This document shows positions 58,231 through 64,000 of a DNA stretch of 64,000 nucleotides, one piece after another. Every line of letters starts with the position of its first letter. Position 1 is the first letter of the stretch. The notes under the pieces were generated by a model. That model had not been told where the DNA came from and made no database searches. It was given only the letters and a program-made list of their open reading frames with translations. The stretch is taken from NCBI GenBank assembly GCA_017541325.1, contig JAFXZI010000001.1:5624-69623 (forward strand), written 5' to 3'. The translations under genes were made by a program, and so were the position numbers. This DNA comes from Bacilli bacterium. Its GTDB lineage: Bacteria > Bacillota_I > Bacilli_A > RF39 > UBA660.

Positions 58231-58656
58231 ATGATTATTATTGATTCTGTTGATAGAGTATTACCTTCAATAGATGCTTTAGATGAATTAAAAATTCCAT
58301 ATACTGTTGAAGATGATGGAAGAGTATTAATTGATGTGTCTGATGAAAGATATAGCGTTCGTAGAAATGCTGATGTAAAGGGTGAAGACGGAAGTTATCG
58401 TCTTGATGAAAAGTATCATTTTTTATCAAACGGACTAGTTGATAAAACTACGCATCGTTCATTAGCTTTCGGAGATCTATTAGAAACTGAAAATGGAGAC
58501 TATGTTTGTAACTCTGAATTTAGGGTTTTATCAATGGCAAAAATATCAACAGCTGATATTGTACTAGCTAGTCAAAACGATATAGAAGATTTATATTATT
58601 TTTATGATAAAATAATTGAATATACTGATAAACCAACATTAGAAAATAAAAAGTAG
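58231..58656 (+). CDS. Hypothetical acidic protein
   Basis: ORF, RBS gggagtg. Confidence 0.4.
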   Translation: MIIIDSVDRVLPSIDALDELKIPYTVEDDGRVLIDVSDERYSVRRNADVKGEDGSYRLDEKYHFLSNGLVDKTTHRSLAFGDLLETENGDYVCNSEFRVLSMAKISTADIVLASQNDIEDLYYFYDKIIEYTDKPTLENKK

Positions 58657-58714
58657 ACCCAGTCTACTTTTTTATTTTTATAAAAGAAAAAAACTAGAGT
58701 TTGATAACTCTAGT
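58651..58714. terminator. Pair of convergent terminators (gtagacccagtctac+T-run for the plus gene; ctagagtttgataactctag+T-run for the sortase gene)
   Basis: Read directly. Confidence 0.6.
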
Positions 58715-58715
58715 T

Positions 58716-59465
58716 TTATGCTATTCTCTTTGCAATAACTAATAAGTATTTATTTTCATAGTTCTTATATTTTTCATGATGTGAACAAGTTTGAAGTATA
58801 AGTATTTGATCTGTTTTATCAACATTTACTCCAGTATCATACCAAGAATTCTTTTTTAAATATTTTAAATGTTTTAACCATTCTTCATCAGTATTAAATT
58901 TTAGTTTTGTATAAGTCCAATCTGATGTTTCTACATATATAGAAAATATTAAATATTTATATGTTTTTTCTTCATCTTTTAAATAAATATATTTATGAGT
59001 TTTATAGAAGTCTTTTTCATAGTATTTTTCTAACTCTTTAAATGGTACATCATGAATACTAGAATTATGACTATAAATAAGATTTTTTCTTCCTGCATTT
59101 ATCTTTACTCTATAGTCTAAAAATACTGATCCACGAGTATCTTTATTCTTAGATAAATCTCTATTTAAATAGTATTCATTATCTTTAGCTTGAACAATTG
59201 GTTCTTGTATATCTGTATCAGGAATATATAAAACTCCTTTAATATCTTTATTATTATATTTTTTTACAAAAGTACATACTTCTGGAAAGTCATTTTCTTC
59301 TTTAGTTATTCCAGGTTGGTTACTTGATTTAGACTTATGTTTTGTCTCTTCTTTTAGTTTTACTTCTTCTTTTGTATCGTTCCATAGATTAGTACATTTT
59401 AATTCATATACAAGGAGTAATGAAACAATAAAAATTAATGTAAATAATATTCTTTTTTTCTTCAT
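58716..59465 (-). CDS. srtB: Class B sortase
   Basis: N-terminal TM anchor, His in LIYSHN, catalytic ILILQTCS (TLxTC) motif, about 250 aa. Confidence 0.8.
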   Translation of the reverse strand: MKKKRILFTLIFIVSLLLVYELKCTNLWNDTKEEVKLKEETKHKSKSSNQPGITKEENDFPEVCTFVKKYNNKDIKGVLYIPDTDIQEPIVQAKDNEYYLNRDLSKNKDTRGSVFLDYRVKINAGRKNLIYSHNSSIHDVPFKELEKYYEKDFYKTHKYIYLKDEEKTYKYLIFSIYVETSDWTYTKLKFNTDEEWLKHLKYLKKNSWYDTGVNVDKTDQILILQTCSHHEKYKNYENKYLLVIAKRIA

Positions 59466-59631
59466 AGCTTTTCTCCTTTTAACTATATTATATATGTTTA
59501 TTGATAAAAATCAGAACTATTTTAATTTACAGATACACACTCTATATTCGTAAACCAAAATTGTAAAATCTAGTAAAAATATGTATATTTTTTGATATAT
59601 TTTTGTAAAATATTAGTAAAATTTGTGTAAA

Positions 59632-61233
59632 TCATTTACTTCCTGACTTTTTACCATAATAGTGTTCTTTGTTATATCTTTCATTAAATTCTTTCCAAGT
59701 ACGAATAAACGTGAATTCTTCATCTTCGTTTGCATTTAAATATGCTTCTGGAACAGAACCTTCTTCATAGATAAAATCAGCATCTAAAATAACTAAATCA
59801 CCTTTTTTAAGATGAACTCCAGCTCCTACTCTTGGCGCTAGTCCAAGCGCTTCATCAGTAGGATCTAAATCTTCACTCCAATAGATTCTATTATCTCTTC
59901 TAAGTAGTCCTACATTTCTTGCTTCTATATCCATCCATTCAAGTCCAATTTCTCTCATTCTACTATAAAGTTGATATAGTTCTTCTTCACTTACATCAGC
60001 TTCAGTTAATGTATCTACTCTTTCTGTTACTTCAACATATGCATTTTCATATTTCTTTCCATTTTTAAATCCAAAGTCTTTTCTCATCAATGGACTTATT
60101 ATATACGGATTATTTGGAAATTTTGAATTACCTCTTCCACGTCCAATTTTAACTACTTTTTCTCCAACTTGATAGACGTCTGTAAATCCACCTCTTCCAA
60201 TTCTTCTTATATCCGAAAAATTAACTCCTTCATTTTTACAAACTTCTTCAAAAACCATTCCTAAAATATCAATAATTACTTCTCTATCTGGATTAGATTC
60301 TAGTCTTCTTGCATCTTCTTTACTAATCTCATTCATCGAAAAATATATACCTTCAACTAATTCTTTAAAATGTTCATTAACATATTCATCTCTTTTTTTC
60401 TCAAGTTCAGGAATCCCATCTATATCCTTAAATATTACATCAAACATATATCCAGGAGGATAATCATTTACTATTGAATCAAAGTGATCAACCGCATACT
60501 TTACTGCTTTATCTTTTTTTTCCGGATCATCACAAATTTTAACAACTTTTAAGATTTGATATGGAGTTACAGTTGGTAAAACTTCATCTACTCTTTCTTC
60601 TATTCTTCCCTTTATTCTTTCTTTACCTTCTAAAACGGATACTTTCATATATAGATTTACTAAATTATCAACAGCATCCATGAATTTATCCAAGTTTTCC
60701 ATTAAAGGAGGTCTGCCTCTTACAAAGCCATAAGCACAACCACTGTTTATAGCATCGACAATTTCCATTGCCATTTTAGAATCCATTTTTATATTTAACT
60801 TTTTCAAGAACAAACTTGCCATCTCTACATTTTGCATACACATGTCTTTTACCATGTAAATAATATCAGCAGGATCTAATTCTCTACTTGCTAAAAATTC
60901 TATTAATTCTTTATCATAAAAACTTTTATCTTCAACTCTTGAAAAAATGGCTGAATACATTAATCCATTATCATATAAATCACAACTATATAATCCTTCT
61001 TTTAAAGCCTCATTATATCCAGGGTAAGATTTTACTCTTAAATTATTCAACCAATTAACATTATGAGAATTAGTATGTCTTACTATTTCGGGTATAAGTG
61101 CTACAAATTCTCTTTTTTCTTTTTCAAAATATATTTTTCTACTTTCATCTCTAACAAAATCAAAAATAGGAAAATAATTACGCATCATATCACATTCAAC
61201 TAACATATCATAAAATCTACTCGTTAATGACAT
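59632..61233 (-). CDS. Hypothetical protein with a C-terminal protein-kinase-like region
   Basis: IGRGGFTDVYQVGEKVVKIG resembles the GxGxFGxVY glycine loop plus VAVK lysine. Followed by MDIEARNVGL (D-x-x-x-x-N) and VILDADF (DFG-like). Confidence 0.35.
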   Translation of the reverse strand: MSLTSRFYDMLVECDMMRNYFPIFDFVRDESRKIYFEKEKREFVALIPEIVRHTNSHNVNWLNNLRVKSYPGYNEALKEGLYSCDLYDNGLMYSAIFSRVEDKSFYDKELIEFLASRELDPADIIYMVKDMCMQNVEMASLFLKKLNIKMDSKMAMEIVDAINSGCAYGFVRGRPPLMENLDKFMDAVDNLVNLYMKVSVLEGKERIKGRIEERVDEVLPTVTPYQILKVVKICDDPEKKDKAVKYAVDHFDSIVNDYPPGYMFDVIFKDIDGIPELEKKRDEYVNEHFKELVEGIYFSMNEISKEDARRLESNPDREVIIDILGMVFEEVCKNEGVNFSDIRRIGRGGFTDVYQVGEKVVKIGRGRGNSKFPNNPYIISPLMRKDFGFKNGKKYENAYVEVTERVDTLTEADVSEEELYQLYSRMREIGLEWMDIEARNVGLLRRDNRIYWSEDLDPTDEALGLAPRVGAGVHLKKGDLVILDADFIYEEGSVPEAYLNANEDEEFTFIRTWKEFNERYNKEHYYGKKSGSK

Positions 61234-61289
61234 ACAAATCCTCCTATTCTCTTAATAATTATAACATAAAAAAAGTATGTTATTACATA

Positions 61290-62069
61290 CTAATTTATAA
61301 TCAATCCACTAGTTTTAGTTTTTTTCTTTACTCCAAACTTTGCTTCTTTATAAGTTACAGGTAATCCTAGTTCTATTCTTGTATTAAAAGAATATCCTTT
61401 AGTATCAACTCTTTTTCTTATAAGTTTTAATTCTCTGTTAAATCCCATATTTACTAAAAATTCATATGTAGGTGGATCTAAATAAAAACCATTATTCTTA
61501 TATCCGCTAGTATAAGCTTTTCTAAGCATTGTTCTTGCATAAAAAAGTTCATCGCTTCCTCTACAATTTTTTAAAGTATTAACCATATATCTCCAAGCAC
61601 GTATTTCAGATATTCTTTTATCTGGATCACTATCATAATTTATTAGTTTTCTACTTCTTAAAGTATCTAGATCATTTTCTTCAAATGGTAAAGGTACTAT
61701 GTACTTTTGGCTTAATAGAAAATCTTTATTAGCACATCTTAAAATAATAGGTTCTATTTTATCAGTTCCTTCAATTGATGTTTGAAGATTACGTGCTCTT
61801 TCTATTTCTTGCCTTAATACCATTAAAGTAAATATTTTAATAAAAGGATCATCTCTTCCTTCTAATAATCCATTATCTACAATAATATTTCCAGTCTCAC
61901 GAGAATATCCAGCTACTCCATCGTAACCGATTGGTCCCATTGTAAAACTTTTTACATATGAGCCTAGATTTGGTTCTCTCTCCATCATTATAGAAAAAGC
62001 ATCTTCTATAAAAGTATCATCTAAGTCTTTCCCATTATATTCTCTTAATAATCTATATAATTTGTCCAT
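61290..62069 (-). CDS. Hypothetical protein
   Basis: ORF only. Confidence 0.35.
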   Translation of the reverse strand: MDKLYRLLREYNGKDLDDTFIEDAFSIMMEREPNLGSYVKSFTMGPIGYDGVAGYSRETGNIIVDNGLLEGRDDPFIKIFTLMVLRQEIERARNLQTSIEGTDKIEPIILRCANKDFLLSQKYIVPLPFEENDLDTLRSRKLINYDSDPDKRISEIRAWRYMVNTLKNCRGSDELFYARTMLRKAYTSGYKNNGFYLDPPTYEFLVNMGFNRELKLIRKRVDTKGYSFNTRIELGLPVTYKEAKFGVKKKTKTSGLIIN

Positions 62070-62162
62070 AACTCCTCCTATATTTTCAAGGACATCTTTA
62101 ACAACTTTATTATAACAAAATTATTACAATATAAAAACTTCTATATTAATTTATAGAAGTTT

Positions 62163-64000
62163 TTATTCTTCAGTTTCATGAATAATTATATATCTAGATA
62201 CTGTACCAATTTCTACATTATTATCATATAATGCAAAATCTAATCTATAAGTACCAGTTGTTAAAGTATCTTTTAAGTTCCAATTTAGATTAATTTCTTC
62301 AGTTGGTGCTTTAGTAATATAGTACTCTTTATTATTAGTTGTGTGTTCTATTGGACTTGATACATAATCACCTAAATCTACTAAAGTATAAGTAGTATCA
62401 TATATTTCATTATAATTTCTTCTATACATTCTAATTCTAATATTAGGATTTGTAAGAAGAGATGTATAACTAATTTTACCAGTAAGTTTATTAGTCTCTC
62501 CTGTTTTTAATACTATTGATGTATCATCTAAATCTACTTTTAATCCATATGTACTATTTATAATAGATGAATCTATATTTTTATGAACAAGGTGCGTTGT
62601 ACTATAATAAATACCATCTATTGATCCAAATGCAGTTACTTCAAATGTATAACTTCCTGTTGGAAGTAAAGAGTTTTCTAAATTAACTTGAATTAATTGT
62701 TCAATACTACCTACTTTATCAGCAAGTTTAATTCTCGCAACTCCATTGATATCTGGATAATATTTAACTCCATTTACTAAGTAGTAAACTCCTGTTAAGG
62801 CATTACCACTTACATAATTACCTTCTCCATTTTTAACTTTAATAGAGATACCTAATTTATAATCAAAGTACTCTGTATTATAAATATTAACAGATCCTTG
62901 TTTTAATGTTTTAGGTGCAATTTGTAACGTCATATTACCATACTTAGTAACATATAATGGATTACTATCTAGTTCACCATCTATTTCTAAACTAGTATCA
63001 ACATCATCATATAAACTGAATTTTAAATTATCACGTTCAATACCTAATACTGAGGTAATAGTATTATTACCAGATTTAAGTTCAAACGACATTGTTTTAT
63101 TTACTTGATTCCCAGTTATCTCTGTATCTTTAAAGTCAAAGATAAAGATAAATTCTTCTTCAGTTAATCCATTTCTTGCATATTGGGCATTCATCTGGGC
63201 ATCATTATAATTTACTCCTGTTCCAGATGTTCCCATACTCTTAAACAAAGACAAGTTATACGATGTTTCTCCAACAGTATTAATATCTCCTAAAGCATTT
63301 TGATAGTCTTGTTGAGTTACTACATAGTAATAATAAACTGGATTACCATCATTATTATCTATCATAGTTATTTTTGTATTTTCTGGAAGAGCATAAGTAC
63401 TAGTTATAGTACGATAACAAGTTCCAGAAGTACATTTCTTTTGATAGTATTCATCATCCGTTACAAATAATGCAAAGTATGTACTAAACTTAGATTTATC
63501 TGTAATATTTGTTGCGGTAGATGGGAAAATACTATATTTATCTCCTGGAGTCATCGCTCCCTCATAGTTAATATCTGTATATAAGTCTGTAGAAATATTA
63601 ACATTAATAACAACCCTTGTCGTTTCACTCTCAAGAGCATTTTTCTTTTCGATTGCCATCATTTGAATAACTACTGTACCTAACTCCTGGTCAATAGTTA
63701 AGTTCTTAGAGTGATATAGTTGGAATAACATAGAAGGAACGTCGTTAGTATTATCTCCAACATAATAATTTGTTCCTGTATAAGTTGATCCATTACTTAT
63801 GAAAGTAGTTGTACCATTAGTTAACCATCCTGTATTAGATGATGACATAGTAAGACCATAATTACTATTAGCCTCATTCTCTGTTTGAGCAATTTTTGCA
63901 ATTTCATTAACTGGTTTTAAACTAATTCCTTGTTCAAGTCCTGCAGAATCAAATCCTAGAATTTGGAATGATGTATTAGGATTAGGGAATTCAAGGAAAG
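62163..64000 (-). CDS. Large beta-rich T/S/N/Y-rich hypothetical protein, 5'-truncated by the window edge
   Basis: Reading frame continues without a stop from 63848 to the window end. Composition typical of a secreted or surface beta-sandwich protein. Confidence 0.5.
   Translation of the reverse strand, partial: FLEFPNPNTSFQILGFDSAGLEQGISLKPVNEIAKIAQTENEANSNYGLTMSSSNTGWLTNGTTTFISNGSTYTGTNYYVGDNTNDVPSMLFQLYHSKNLTIDQELGTVVIQMMAIEKKNALESETTRVVINVNISTDLYTDINYEGAMTPGDKYSIFPSTATNITDKSKFSTYFALFVTDDEYYQKKCTSGTCYRTITSTYALPENTKITMIDNNDGNPVYYYYVVTQQDYQNALGDINTVGETSYNLSLFKSMGTSGTGVNYNDAQMNAQYARNGLTEEEFIFIFDFKDTEITGNQVNKTMSFELKSGNNTITSVLGIERDNLKFSLYDDVDTSLEIDGELDSNPLYVTKYGNMTLQIAPKTLKQGSVNIYNTEYFDYKLGISIKVKNGEGNYVSGNALTGVYYLVNGVKYYPDINGVARIKLADKVGSIEQLIQVNLENSLLPTGSYTFEVTAFGSIDGIYYSTTHLVHKNIDSSIINSTYGLKVDLDDTSIVLKTGETNKLTGKISYTSLLTNPNIRIRMYRRNYNEIYDTTYTLVDLGDYVSSPIEHTTNNKEYYITKAPTEEINLNWNLKDTLTTGTYRLDFALYDNNVEIGTVSRYIIIHETEE

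Noticed and set aside
58238-58429. 63-aa minus ORF inside 58231..58656
   Set aside because: Antisense; H/Q-rich artefact.

Overview
The window is a chromosomal segment from a very AT-rich, low-GC Firmicute. Gene order is Bacillus-like, which suggests Clostridia or Erysipelotrichia. Nearly all annotation and every finding interval lies on the minus strand or is strand-agnostic.

The housekeeping backbone is securely recognisable: rluA-family synthase, rny, recA, pgsA, a RodZ/YmfM-like gene, rnpB (RNase P RNA, type B, missed by the ORF track), gpsB, recU-ponA, nth-dnaD, cca, hup, ispG, glmS with its ribozyme leader, cutA and a hemolysin-III gene.

Several accessory islands are interleaved with this backbone:
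- An adjacent, overlapping pair of giant (about 1000 aa) cytoplasmic K/E-rich proteins that carry tandem short-motif repeats. A gene for a membrane-anchored surface protein with List-Bact (Flg_new) repeats and a C-terminal HELTH gluzincin motif follows them.
- A SipW/Sec11-type signal peptidase fused to a polytopic membrane domain, next to a TasA-like secreted protein gene.
- Three small acidic genes plus two more packed behind ispG; two of the three are clear paralogues.
- A divergent gene pair whose 185-aa product carries PARP/diphtheria-toxin-like H-Y-E ADP-ribosyltransferase motifs.
- A roughly 7 kb Tn4451-like mobilisable element inserted beside tRNA-His(GTG). It carries a large serine recombinase, a MobV relaxase, and DUF4236 and SAP-domain cargo.
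- An ArsR/P1B-ATPase metal-efflux pair.
- A ClpB-D1-like AAA+ protein with a Pro/Gln-rich tandem-repeat tail.
- A 1410-aa double-activase/dehydratase fusion.
- A surface-protein region containing a sortase B (TLxTC), an adhesin-like List-Bact/MucBP protein and two kinase-like proteins. A candidate (S/P)PxTG (SPKTG) sortase-B substrate lies at the opposite end of the window.

No CRISPR array and no rRNA gene were seen. All calls rest on motif-level reading of the translated ORFs and nucleotide patterns; no database search was possible.
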